The notes beneath the pieces are model-generated. The model was not told where the DNA came from. It did no database searches and worked only from the letters and a program-made list of their open reading frames with translations. Positions 18,028 through 26,830 of a stretch of DNA of 64,000 nucleotides are shown piece by piece. Source of the stretch: Thermoplasmata archaeon (GTDB taxonomy: Archaea; Thermoplasmatota; Thermoplasmata; Lutacidiplasmatales; UBA184); contig DATJUJ010000034.1 of NCBI GenBank assembly GCA_035502475.1, forward strand, positions 532 to 64,531, given 5' to 3'. How positions within the stretch are numbered: position 1 is the stretch's first letter; the number at the start of each line of letters is the position of its first letter. The position numbers and the translations under genes were made by a program.

Positions 18028-19815
18028 GTGGTCGATCCGCTCGAGCTCGGGTACGACATCGGCGGCAACGCGGTCGCTCTCGCGTTGCCCGGGATCCTCT
18101 GGGCGGCCTGGTTCCTGCTCGCCTTCGAGCACGACGCCTTCGCCTCGAGCGTCGGCTTCGGCCGCAAGGCGTTCTGGCTGCTCCTCCCCGGGGCGCTCGC
18201 GGCGTCCCTCGCCCTCCTGCCGATCGCCCCGGTCACGAACGACTGGCTCGCGATCAGCTTCGCGGGGGCCGTGTTCCCGCTGTTCGCGATCGCACTTGCG
18301 TTCGACCGGTTCGCCCCGCCGCGCCGGCGCTCTCTGATCGCGTTCGTCAGCGGGCTCGTCGTGCTCACCGGGCTGCTGCTCGGGCTCGTGCTGCCCATCG
18401 GCGGACCGTTCGTCACCTCGGCGGCGGGCGCCCTCGGCGCGTCGGTCGGCGGGACCCAGGACCTCCTCGTGGCGGTGGTCGCGACCGTCCTCGCGGCGGC
18501 GGCCGTGGCGGTCGCCCGCGGGCCGACCGGTCGGGCGCTGGGCGCCCTCTTCGGCCTCACCGCCGGGGTCGTCGTCCTCACCTTCGCGTTCTCGGCCGCG
18601 ATCCCCGGCGTCGGGATCGAGGAGAACTTCCCGGCGTACCTCGTCCCTCCGATCGGCGCGGGCGTGGTCGCCGCCGCCCTGGCCGGGTACGTCGTGCCGC
18701 GTCGGGAGGCGCTCGCGCTGCCGCTCGCCTTCGCCGCGTCCACGTTCGGCGTGCTCGTCGGGGCCGACGTGCTCCGCCAGCCCCCGCTCTACAACGGGGG
18801 CCCGTCCGGGCTCTACACGATCGGGGGGGCGGGCGTCCTCGACCTCGTGTACCTCTCGGGCCTGCTCGGCCTCGTGAGCGCGTACGGGATGCACCGGCTC
18901 CTCGGGCGCGGGTTCGCGCCGGTCGGCGACCCGGCCCCGCCCGAGACCGTGGCCCCGACCGCCCGGCTGGTGCGGGCGTACAAGGCCGGCCTCGCGGGCC
19001 GGGTCGACGAGTCGCTCGCCGACGCGGCGGCGGCGGCGCGGGACGCGGCGCTCCAGGCCGGCCGGCTCCTCGGCCGACCGCCCCCACCGGACGATCGCCC
19101 GTGGGACGGGCTGCCCGTCCCGGGGTGGATCGTGAGCGACTCGGCGAACCTCGACTCGGCGGCGCGCGCGCGGCCCACGGACGCCCGGGAAGGGTACCGG
19201 GGCTGGCTTACCGCCCGCTGGATGGTCCACGTCGGCCGCGAGCTGGGGGCCCGCCGGTTCGGCTCGGTCGGCCGGCGCGCCGCGGCGTTCGGGATCGACC
19301 TCGCCGTCGTCACGCTGCCGGCGATCGCGATCTGGGCGGCCCTGTGCGCGACGTTCTCCGGAGGCCTGACCGCGCTCCTGGAGAGCGTGGCGTTCAACGC
19401 CGCGGCGTACGGCTTCGTCGCCGTCGCGTTCCTCTACTTCGTCCTCGCCGAGACCGTCGCCGGCACGACCGTGGGCAAGGGGCTCCTGGGGCTCGTCGTC
19501 CGGGACCGCGCGCTGGGCCGCCCGGGCTTCCTGAGCCTGCTCGTCCGCAATGCGCCGCTGCTGCCGGCCCTCACGGTGCTCGGCATCGGGGGTCCGGTCG
19601 CCGTCGCGTTCCTCGTGAAGGCCGGCGCCGCGGGGGGCGCGGTGCTCGATGGGGTCGTGCTGCCGGGCGGGTTGCTCGCGTTCGTGGCGACGCTCGGGTT
19701 CGTCGTGGGCGGGCTCGCCCTCCTCGGCTCGTTCGGGATCCTCCTCATGGTGCTCTCCGCCGAGCGTCAGCGGCTCGGCGACCTGCTCGCCGGGACGTGG
19801 GTCGTCCGCCGCTAG
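18028..19815 (+). CDS. polytopic membrane protein with C-terminal RDD domain
   Basis: 595 aa. The N-terminal about 290 aa is multi-TM and contains a YTIGGAGVLDLVYLSG motif, possibly DUF1614-like. The C-terminal RDD signature is RRAAAFGIDL...GTTVGKGLLGLVVRDR...RQRLGDLLAGTWVV. Confidence 0.7.
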   Translation: MVDPLELGYDIGGNAVALALPGILWAAWFLLAFEHDAFASSVGFGRKAFWLLLPGALAASLALLPIAPVTNDWLAISFAGAVFPLFAIALAFDRFAPPRRRSLIAFVSGLVVLTGLLLGLVLPIGGPFVTSAAGALGASVGGTQDLLVAVVATVLAAAAVAVARGPTGRALGALFGLTAGVVVLTFAFSAAIPGVGIEENFPAYLVPPIGAGVVAAALAGYVVPRREALALPLAFAASTFGVLVGADVLRQPPLYNGGPSGLYTIGGAGVLDLVYLSGLLGLVSAYGMHRLLGRGFAPVGDPAPPETVAPTARLVRAYKAGLAGRVDESLADAAAAARDAALQAGRLLGRPPPPDDRPWDGLPVPGWIVSDSANLDSAARARPTDAREGYRGWLTARWMVHVGRELGARRFGSVGRRAAAFGIDLAVVTLPAIAIWAALCATFSGGLTALLESVAFNAAAYGFVAVAFLYFVLAETVAGTTVGKGLLGLVVRDRALGRPGFLSLLVRNAPLLPALTVLGIGGPVAVAFLVKAGAAGGAVLDGVVLPGGLLAFVATLGFVVGGLALLGSFGILLMVLSAERQRLGDLLAGTWVVRR

Positions 19816-20141
19816 GGGGCGGCGGGGGCCGGCGCCCGGTCCGGCCCCGGTCCGGTCCGCGAGATCGGGATCGCGATGGACGAGACGTTCGCGTCGCGCC
19901 CGTCGCGGTTCGTGAGCCGCTCGGTGTCGATCGCGATCGGGCCGAGCGCGACCTGCCCCTCGAGGAACCGGCGCCGCACGACCTCGACCACGTCGACCGC
20001 CTTGCCGATCGCGTTCCCCCGGGCCCGCACGACGACCGGGCCGGCGCCGGAGTTGAGCTGCGAGACGACCTGGAAGACGTACGTCATCGTCGGCTTCTGG
20101 CCGATGAACACCGTCGCCCCGTCCCGGTCGCCGTGCTCCAT
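19812..20141 (-). CDS. albA: DNA/RNA-binding protein Alba
   Basis: VFIGQKPTMTYVFQVVSQL...VVVRARGNAIGKAVDVVEVVRRRF is the canonical Alba core. A Pro/Ala-rich tail follows. Confidence 0.9.
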   Translation of the reverse strand: MEHGDRDGATVFIGQKPTMTYVFQVVSQLNSGAGPVVVRARGNAIGKAVDVVEVVRRRFLEGQVALGPIAIDTERLTNRDGRDANVSSIAIPISRTGPGPDRAPAPAAP

Positions 20142-20222
20142 GGAGGGCCGACGAACGCACTACCCCACAAGGCGTTTTGCGGACGGCCGAGCGGTGGCCC
20201 GGCCGAGGGGCCGCGCCTTCGC

Positions 20223-20232
20223 AAAGGTTATC
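20223..20232 (+). promoter_or_regulatory. putative TATA box (AAAGGTTATC) for tRNA-Leu
   Basis: AT island centred about 35 nt upstream of the mature tRNA 5' end. Confidence 0.4.
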
Positions 20233-20261
20233 GCCCGCGCCCCGTAGGCGCGGGGGGCCGT

Positions 20262-20346
20262 GCAGGGGTGGCCCAGCTTGGTCAAAGGCGCCAGGTTGAG
20301 GTCCTGGTCTCGTAGGAGTTCGTGAGTTCAAATCTCACCCCCTGCA
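20262..20346 (+). tRNA. tRNA-Leu (anticodon GAG)
   Basis: Folded by hand. Acceptor stem GCAGGGG/CCCCTGC. Anticodon stem CCAGG/CCTGG with loop TTGAGGT. Long variable arm CTC-GTAG-GAG (class II). T arm GTGAG-TTCAAAT-CTCAC. Discriminator A. CCA is not encoded. Confidence 0.9.
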
Positions 20347-20364
20347 TACCTGTCCTGAGGATCG

Positions 20365-21354
20365 ATGCCTCCCGAGAACGCGCTCTGCGCCCACTGCGGG
20401 GCCCCGCTCGCACCGGACGGGCTCGTCTGCCCGGCGTGCCACCGCCCGGTCGACCCCTCCGCCGAGGACGCCCCGGTCGTCGATCCGCGCGAGCCCCCGG
20501 CCAGCCGGCGGCCGGCCGCCCGTCGGGGCGCGGCAACGCCCCCGAACCCGTTCGGCACCGAGCTGAGCCGACGTCTCGCCCGGGTCGCGCAGTGGGCCGA
20601 GGCGGCCCAGCCGCTCGGGGTCGAGATGCCCCGGCTGCCCGCGTGGGCGGAGGACGCGGCCCGGGCCGCGGCGAACCCCGAGCCGTGGGCCGAGGTCGTG
20701 CGCGGCATCGAACGGATCGCGCAGAAACGGATCGTGACGGCGTTCGAGGAGTGGGAGAAGGGCACGAAGTCCCGGCTCGCGCGCCTCGAGGCGTATGCGG
20801 TGGATAGCCGGCTCGAGCGCGACCAGATCGACGACGCGCTGCACGCTGCGCGGACGGGCGACGTCGCCCAGGCGCTCGCCACGTTCCACCAGGTCGACCG
20901 GGTGATCACCCTCAAGGAGCGGCACCTCGACCAGGCGCGCGAGGAGCTCGAGCGCGTCGTCGCGCTCCTGAAGGACATGCAGGCGCTCGGGATCGATCCC
21001 CCGCAGGACCCGGGCGAGGTCGCGGAGGACCTCGAGACCGAGCTTCGGGCCGGGAAGCTCGCGTCGCTGAAGCAGCAGATCCGCGCCCTTCGGCTCCAGT
21101 CCGTGAACCGGCTCAAGGCGGCGCTCCCGCGCTACATCGCGGAGTACGGCGACTACCTCGTCGAGGAGCGGGCCCACGGGATCGCGACCGAGCTCGAGGC
21201 GATGGACCTCGCGACCGGGGCCCGCGAGTTCTTCAAGGGCCATCCCGAGGACGGGCTCCGGCGGTTGCGGGCGCTCCAGCAGCGCCACGGGCTCCCCACG
21301 GGTCGCTCGACGCGCCCGACCGCCCGCGCCCGCGGGGCCGGCGGCGGCGCCTAG
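20365..21354 (+). CDS. zinc-ribbon protein with long coiled-coil/helical C-terminal region, function unknown
   Basis: N-terminal CAHCGAPL...CPACH ribbon, a Pro/Arg linker, then about 230 aa of helical sequence with normal composition (K, I, E, Q, Y present). Confidence 0.6.
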   Translation: MPPENALCAHCGAPLAPDGLVCPACHRPVDPSAEDAPVVDPREPPASRRPAARRGAATPPNPFGTELSRRLARVAQWAEAAQPLGVEMPRLPAWAEDAARAAANPEPWAEVVRGIERIAQKRIVTAFEEWEKGTKSRLARLEAYAVDSRLERDQIDDALHAARTGDVAQALATFHQVDRVITLKERHLDQAREELERVVALLKDMQALGIDPPQDPGEVAEDLETELRAGKLASLKQQIRALRLQSVNRLKAALPRYIAEYGDYLVEERAHGIATELEAMDLATGAREFFKGHPEDGLRRLRALQQRHGLPTGRSTRPTARARGAGGGA

Positions 21355-21875
21355 AGCAGGCGCTCGAACAGCCGGACGTCCTCGTTCCACTCGTGGCGGT
21401 GGAGCACGCCGGCCTCGGCGAAGCCGAGGCGCTTCAGGAGCGCCGCGGCCGCCGAGAACCGGGCGAGGGTATCGCCCCAGACGACCGGCGCGTTCGCGTG
21501 CTTCGCCCACTCGATCGCGGCCGCGATGAGCGCGGTCGCGACGCCCTGGCGCCGGGAGTCGGGGTCGACGGCGAGGTGCACGAGCTGGCAGGCCCCGTGC
21601 CGCACCTCGCAGCCGACGACCCCGATCAGCTTCTGCTCGCGGCGGGCGGCGAAGTACGTCACGCCCTCCATCCGGCTCGTGAACTCGAGCGGCGTCGGCT
21701 GCCACGCCTTGAGGAGCTCCGTGGGGACGCCGTTCGCCGGGCCGTCCCAGACCTTCTTGTAAAGGCCGCAGATCGCGGGCACGTCCTGGTGCGTGACCCG
21801 CTCGACCGAGAGGGGCGGGGCCGCGAGCCCGGCCTTTCCGTTGACTTCGCTCGTACGTTCCGCCCCCCGGTCCAC
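21351..21875 (-). CDS. GNAT family N-acetyltransferase
   Basis: Acetyl-CoA binding motif RRQGVATALIAAAIEWA; size of 174 aa. Confidence 0.85.
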   Translation of the reverse strand: MDRGAERTSEVNGKAGLAAPPLSVERVTHQDVPAICGLYKKVWDGPANGVPTELLKAWQPTPLEFTSRMEGVTYFAARREQKLIGVVGCEVRHGACQLVHLAVDPDSRRQGVATALIAAAIEWAKHANAPVVWGDTLARFSAAAALLKRLGFAEAGVLHRHEWNEDVRLFERLL

Positions 21876-21968
21876 GCCAGCTTGGGCACCGCGCTTCGGT
21901 TTCCCGGTCCGGGAGCGAACCCGCGAGAGTCGAGTCTCTTCTTGAACCTTGCCCCGCTCCGCGCGCGG

Positions 21969-23273
21969 CTACGGGGTATGGCGCGACGGCGTGCGCGGGA
22001 ACGGGGTCGTATCGCGGATGTGCTCGCGCCGCAGCATCCAGCGCAGGTACCGTTCGATGCCGATCCCGAAGCCGGCGTGCGGGATGTTGCCGTGCCGCCG
22101 GAGGTCGAGATACCACTCGTAGCCGGCGGGATCGACGCCCAGCTCGGCGAGGCGGCCGCGCAGCCGCTCCACGTCGGTCTCGCGGCACGACGCGCCGACG
22201 ATCTCGCCGTACCCCTCGGGGCCCAGGAGGTCGGCCGCCTCGACGGTCCGCGGGTCGTCGGGCGAGCGGAGCATGTAGAACGCCTTCAGTTCGCGCGGGA
22301 AGTGGGTCACGAAGAGCGGCTGGGGGGACTCGAGGGTGAGCGCGCGTTCCTCGGCGGCCCCGAGATCGCTGCCCCAGGCGACCGAGAACCCCTGGGCCCG
22401 GAGCCGCTCGATCGCCTCCGCATAGCGGAGGCGCGGGAAGGGGGCCGCGATCGCCCGGAGCTCGTCGGGGGGGCGTCCGAGCTGCTTCAACTCCTTCGGC
22501 CTCCGCTCGGCGACCGCGTGTGCGACCGAGACGAACATCCGCTCGATGAAGGAAAGGAGGCCCTCGAGGTCGCACCACGCGAGCTCCACCTCGAGGTGGA
22601 GGTACTCGGTGAGGTGCCGCGGGGTCCGCGACTTCTCGGCGCGGAACGACGGCGTGAGCGCGTAGACCCGCTCGTTGGGGAACAGGAGCGCCTCGAGGTA
22701 GAGCTGCGCCGTCTGCGAGAGGTAGCCCGGGCGGCCGAAGTAGTCGATCTCGAACGCCTCGGCCCCGCCTTCGGCGGCGTTCCCGCTGAGGACCGGCGGG
22801 GTCGTCTCGAGCACGTCCTCGGTGTCCAGGAACGCGCGGAAGGCGCGCAACGTCTCCGCCATCACGCGGAAGGTGGCGACCATCTCCTGCGACCGGATCA
22901 CGAGGTGGCGCTGGTCGAGCCGGAACTCCTCCGTCTGGTCGGACCAGATCGGGAACGGCGCGCCCGCGTCGATCACGCCGAGGCGGCTCGCCCGGACCTC
23001 GCGTCCGTCCGGCGCGCGCGGGTCCTCGGCGACCACGCCCTCGACCCAGACCGCGCCCTCGTTCTGCACGTGCTCGGCCGCGTCGAACGCGGCCGCGCCC
23101 AGGGCGTCCTTGCGGCCGGTGACCTGCACCGTGCCCGTCCGGTCGCGCAGCACGAGGAACAGGATGCCGCCCGACGAGCGCGAGCGGAGCACCCAGCCGC
23201 GGAGCCGGACGGTCGCGCCGACCGCGTCCGGCTGGAACGCCCGCGCGACGGGGTCGAACCCGCCGGCGCTCAT
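21969..23273 (-). CDS. asnS: asparagine--tRNA ligase (class IIb; AspRS not fully excluded)
   Basis: Real C-terminal 434 aa of an 1103-aa shadow ORF. N-terminal OB domain VRLRGWVLRSRSSGGILFLVLRD. YLSQTAQLYLEA and SFRAEKSRTPRHLTEYLHLEVE resemble archaeal AsnRS. C-terminal GFGIGIERYLRW...PFPR. Confidence 0.8.
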   Translation of the reverse strand: MSAGGFDPVARAFQPDAVGATVRLRGWVLRSRSSGGILFLVLRDRTGTVQVTGRKDALGAAAFDAAEHVQNEGAVWVEGVVAEDPRAPDGREVRASRLGVIDAGAPFPIWSDQTEEFRLDQRHLVIRSQEMVATFRVMAETLRAFRAFLDTEDVLETTPPVLSGNAAEGGAEAFEIDYFGRPGYLSQTAQLYLEALLFPNERVYALTPSFRAEKSRTPRHLTEYLHLEVELAWCDLEGLLSFIERMFVSVAHAVAERRPKELKQLGRPPDELRAIAAPFPRLRYAEAIERLRAQGFSVAWGSDLGAAEERALTLESPQPLFVTHFPRELKAFYMLRSPDDPRTVEAADLLGPEGYGEIVGASCRETDVERLRGRLAELGVDPAGYEWYLDLRRHGNIPHAGFGIGIERYLRWMLRREHIRDTTPFPRTPSRHTP

Positions 23274-23578
23274 TGGTACTCGCGCCACTTGGCGCCGCAC
23301 TTCGTGCACTCGAAGATCCGCGTCTCGGGCTCGTCCGAGCCGCGGGTCTGCCGCAGCACCCAGTACGCCTCCCCGTTCCCGCACTTGGGGCAGAGCTCCT
23401 CGGTCTTGGGGAGCGTCTGGACCTTCCCGTCGACGACGTCGACGCTCCGGGCCTTCGGGACGGTCTTGCCGACCTCGACGCCTCGGCCGAGCGGGACGGT
23501 CGTCCCGCACGCCGCGCATCGCCAGACGTGGGCGGCGCGGTCCGGCCGCATGAGCCGCTTGCACTGGGGACAGAACAT
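23270..23578 (-). CDS. tfs: transcription factor S (TFS) / RNA polymerase subunit M-like
   Basis: N-terminal ribbon CPQC...CAAC and C-terminal TFIIS-type ribbon CPKCG...LRQTRGSDEPETRIFECTKCGAKW. Overlaps the asnS start by 4 nt (ATGA). Confidence 0.9.
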   Translation of the reverse strand: MFCPQCKRLMRPDRAAHVWRCAACGTTVPLGRGVEVGKTVPKARSVDVVDGKVQTLPKTEELCPKCGNGEAYWVLRQTRGSDEPETRIFECTKCGAKWREYQ

Positions 23579-23626
23579 GGGGAGACCCCAACACCGGGCG
23601 CGCGGTATTTGACGCTTGGGCGGGCC

Positions 23627-25033
23627 CTAGCCCGCGAGGTGCTCGGGCGGCGCCGCGCTCGAGGGCGGAGCGTCGGGCGGCGCGACGCTGAGCGGCAGCG
23701 GGGACGGCTTCGCGCCCGGGGCCCGGAGCGCGCGCACGTGCTCCCAGCGCCGCGCGAGGTCCTCCTTGGTCCCGATGTCGTGCCGCACGTAGTAGTCGCC
23801 CTTCACGAACCGGAGCGCGGCCTCGACGCGGCTCCCCGCCTCGTGGATCGCGCTCGCTTCGCCGACGAGCGCCACCCCCCGGGAGGAGCCGAGCTTCACC
23901 GTACCGGGCCCCGCGGCGTCGACGGCCCCGTAGAAAACGTGGACCCCGGTCGCCTCGATCGCCTCCGCGTCGAGGAAGAGGAGTCCGCCCGGCTTCGGCC
24001 GGTCGCCGTAGCCCGGCGGCACGAGGTACTTCACGACCGTCGACCGGAGGCGGAAGGAGACCAGGTTCGGGTCGACGCGTCCGGTCGCGACCCCGAGCAG
24101 GAGCTCGGCGAAATCCCCCTCCTCGTAGAGCGTGAGCGCGTTGATCCCCTCGGGATCGCCGAACCGCGCGTTGAACTCGAGCAGCACCGGGCCGTCCGCC
24201 GTGAGCATGAACCCGCCGTAGAGGATCCCGCGGAACGGGCTGCCGTCCGCCGCGAGCGCGCGACGCGTGCGCTCGAGCAGGTCGATCGCGCGGTCGCGGT
24301 CCGCGGCCGGGAGGAACGGGAGGAGGTGGTCGCGTTGCGAGTACGACCCCATCCCGCCGGTGTTGCTGCCCTGGTCCCCCTCGCGGGCCCGCTTGAAGTC
24401 CTGGACCGCGGGCATCGGGTACGTCCCCGAGTCGGTGACGAACCCCATCTGGCTGAACTCCTCGCCCTCGAGCTTCTCCTCGAGGAGCACGCGGCCCCCC
24501 TGGACGAGGATCGACTTCGCGTAGATCGCGCCGTCCTTGGGATCCGTGAAGTCCGAGCCCTGGACCCAGACGCCCTTCCCCGCCGTGAGCCCGCTCGGCT
24601 TCACGACGAACGGTCGGCCGAACCCGGCGACGGCGGCCTCGACCTCCCCGACGGTCGCCGGCGCCGCCCACTTCGGCTGCGCGTCGATCCCGTGGCGGGC
24701 GAGGAGCTCGCGGCAGAACAGCTTCGACGACTCGATCCGGGCCGCGGCTTGGGACGGTCCGACCGTCGGGATCTCCGCGGCGCGCAGGGCGTCCGCGACC
24801 CCGGCCGCCAGCGGAGCCTCGGGGCCGATCACCGCGGCGTCGGCGCGCTCGGCACGGGCGAACTCGACCACGGACGCGGCGTCGGTGGGATCGGTCCGGC
24901 GGGTCGCCCGCGCGAGCCGGTCGAGGCCGGGATTCGCGTTCGCGCTGGCGACCACGATCTCGGCCTCCGCGCGGGCGAGCGTCGCGGCGATCGCGTGCTC
25001 GCGGGCGCCGCCGCCGACGACCAAGAAGCGCAT
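23627..25033 (-). CDS. purD: phosphoribosylamine--glycine ligase
   Basis: MRFLVVGGGAREHAIA start, ATP-grasp core and a GDQGSNTGGMGSY motif. Confidence 0.95.
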   Translation of the reverse strand: MRFLVVGGGAREHAIAATLARAEAEIVVASANANPGLDRLARATRRTDPTDAASVVEFARAERADAAVIGPEAPLAAGVADALRAAEIPTVGPSQAAARIESSKLFCRELLARHGIDAQPKWAAPATVGEVEAAVAGFGRPFVVKPSGLTAGKGVWVQGSDFTDPKDGAIYAKSILVQGGRVLLEEKLEGEEFSQMGFVTDSGTYPMPAVQDFKRAREGDQGSNTGGMGSYSQRDHLLPFLPAADRDRAIDLLERTRRALAADGSPFRGILYGGFMLTADGPVLLEFNARFGDPEGINALTLYEEGDFAELLLGVATGRVDPNLVSFRLRSTVVKYLVPPGYGDRPKPGGLLFLDAEAIEATGVHVFYGAVDAAGPGTVKLGSSRGVALVGEASAIHEAGSRVEAALRFVKGDYYVRHDIGTKEDLARRWEHVRALRAPGAKPSPLPLSVAPPDAPPSSAAPPEHLAG

Positions 25034-25164
25034 GCTCGCCGACCGGGGAGGCCGGCTGGGATATAGGGACGTCGGAACCGGCCCCGGTCCGGCGAGCGGC
25101 GCGCGCGCCGTTCCCCGCCACGCTTAAGAAGAGTGCGACGGTGGGCCGTCTCCCGAGTCCGCCG

Positions 25165-25452
25165 ATGGAGCTGCGCGTCGTCGAGAAGGAGCACGATCTC
25201 CTTCGGGTCGAGTTCCCGAAGGGCGAGGAGACGCTCCTCATCCCGCTGGTCGAGGCGCTCCAGAAGGAGGAGAAGGTCACCGAGGCCCGCTACTTCCTGG
25301 GTCACCCGTACCTCGACCGGCCGACGCTGCTCGTCCGCACGAAGGGCGAGAAGCCGCAGCAGGTCCTGAAGCGGGTCCTCAAGGACCTGACCGACCTCTA
25401 CGGCGACCTGCTCTCGGACTTCGAGAAGAAGGCCGACAAGATCAAGGCCTGA
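25165..25452 (+). CDS. rpo11: DNA-directed RNA polymerase subunit Rpo11 (L)
   Basis: MELRVVEKEHDLLRVEFPKGEETLLIPLVEAL...YFLGHPYLDRPTLLVRT is the RpoL fold pattern. ATG 25165 is preferred over the track GTG at 25141. Confidence 0.85.
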   Translation: MELRVVEKEHDLLRVEFPKGEETLLIPLVEALQKEEKVTEARYFLGHPYLDRPTLLVRTKGEKPQQVLKRVLKDLTDLYGDLLSDFEKKADKIKA

Positions 25453-25466
25453 CGGGGCGCGCAGCG

Positions 25467-26147
25467 ATGCTGAAGGAGTGCCCGCAGCACGGCTACTTCC
25501 GGGCCGAGACGTGCCCGGTCTGCGGGCAACCCGGCCGGTTCCTCATGAACGACCGGGAGCTCGATCACCTGGGGCGCGTCCTCACCGGGATCCTCCGCCA
25601 CTTCCCGGACCGCTACGGGCTCACGATGGAGCCGAACGGGTGGGTCTCGCTGCCCCAGATCGTGAGGGCGGTCTCCCAGAAGCACCCGATGTACCACTGG
25701 CTCCGCGTCACCCACCTGGTCGCGATCGCCGAGACCGACGCGAAGGGCCGCTACGAGGTGCGGGACGACCTCATCCGCGCGACGTACGGCCACACGGTCG
25801 AGGTGACGCTCGACCTCCCGACCGAGAACGTCCCGGACCACCTCTACTATCCGGTCACGCACGACGAGGCCGCGATCGTGCTCGAGGTCGGCCTGAAGCC
25901 GTCCGACCGCCGGAAGGTCCACCTCTCGAAGACCGCCGAGGACGCCCGCGCCGCGGGGGCGGTCCGGACGCCCGAGCCCGTGATCCTCGAGATCGACACC
26001 CGCCGCGCCCGCGACGCGGGGATCGTGATCATGCAGGCCGGCCGGACGGTCTATCTCACCGACGCGGTCCCGGCGGAGTACCTCCGGCGCCTCGAGATCG
26101 AGGCGCCGCCCGGCGACGCGCCCGCCGCGCCGGACGGATCGGCCTAG
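25467..26147 (+). CDS. kptA: RNA 2'-phosphotransferase (Tpt1/KptA) with N-terminal zinc ribbon
   Basis: LGRVLTGILRHFPDRYGL, IRATYGHT and VHLS motifs of the Tpt1 family. The N-terminus carries CPQHG...CPVCG. Confidence 0.85.
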   Translation: MLKECPQHGYFRAETCPVCGQPGRFLMNDRELDHLGRVLTGILRHFPDRYGLTMEPNGWVSLPQIVRAVSQKHPMYHWLRVTHLVAIAETDAKGRYEVRDDLIRATYGHTVEVTLDLPTENVPDHLYYPVTHDEAAIVLEVGLKPSDRRKVHLSKTAEDARAAGAVRTPEPVILEIDTRRARDAGIVIMQAGRTVYLTDAVPAEYLRRLEIEAPPGDAPAAPDGSA

Positions 26148-26773
26148 GCGCCGAACCCGTCGTCCCCGACGTTCGACTCGTACTCGGTGACGATGTAGAC
26201 CTCGATCGCGATGTGGCTCGCGATCGGGAACGGGTTCCCGAAGACGAAGTAGAACGTGTCCGTCACCGGCGCGGAGTAGATGATCCGGACGGCGGGGCCC
26301 GGCGAGGGGGACCACTGCGGCGGCCCGGGCAGCCCGCCGTTCGCGAGCGTGTCCCACTGCGTCGAGTTGTAGACCGAGAGCGTCACGTTGACGCCCGGGG
26401 GATCGACGACAGAGTAGTTCCCGAGGACGAAATCGCCCCCGGTGATCTCGCCGGAGATCACGGTCGTGTTGCCGGCGCCGATCGTGTACATCCCGGCCGT
26501 GGTCAGCGGGTCGGCCGCGACCGGCGGGCCGGCGAGCACCGCGGAGATCATCGCGTAGCCCAAGGCGGCGCAGACCCCGACCACGATCACCGTCCGGAAC
26601 GCGCTCGTCATGAACAGGCGGCGGCGCACCCGGGTCGGGGCGCTCCGGATCTCGGCCGCCGGGAGCGGGTTCGCCTCCCCGCAGATCGGACAGTGGGTCG
26701 CCCCGGCGGGCACCGCGACCCCGCAGAACCGGCAGGCGCCCCAGGTGCCGGGGGCGGTGGAGGGGTCCGTCAC
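26144..26773 (-). CDS. zinc-ribbon / single-TM protein with extracytoplasmic domain, function unknown
   Basis: CRFCG...CPICG ribbon and TM span VIVVGVCAALGYAMISAVLAG. The 130-aa outer domain carries four N-x-S/T sequons (NTT, NYS, NVT, NST). Confidence 0.6.
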   Translation of the reverse strand: MTDPSTAPGTWGACRFCGVAVPAGATHCPICGEANPLPAAEIRSAPTRVRRRLFMTSAFRTVIVVGVCAALGYAMISAVLAGPPVAADPLTTAGMYTIGAGNTTVISGEITGGDFVLGNYSVVDPPGVNVTLSVYNSTQWDTLANGGLPGPPQWSPSPGPAVRIIYSAPVTDTFYFVFGNPFPIASHIAIEVYIVTEYESNVGDDGFGA

Positions 26774-26830
26774 GGTCGGGGCTTCAGCCGGGCCGGGGGC
26801 TTTTGGGGTTTCGTACGAACCCGGCGGGCC

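Noticed and set aside
20262-21875. Possible integrated element next to tRNA-Leu
   Set aside because: There is no integrase, no duplicated tRNA 3' segment nearby and no compositional break. The neighbours are a zinc-ribbon protein and a GNAT enzyme.
25141-25164. GTG start at 25141 for rpo11
   Set aside because: Homologous RpoL proteins begin at the MEL(K/R)V(V/I)E segment. ATG 25165 gives that N-terminus.
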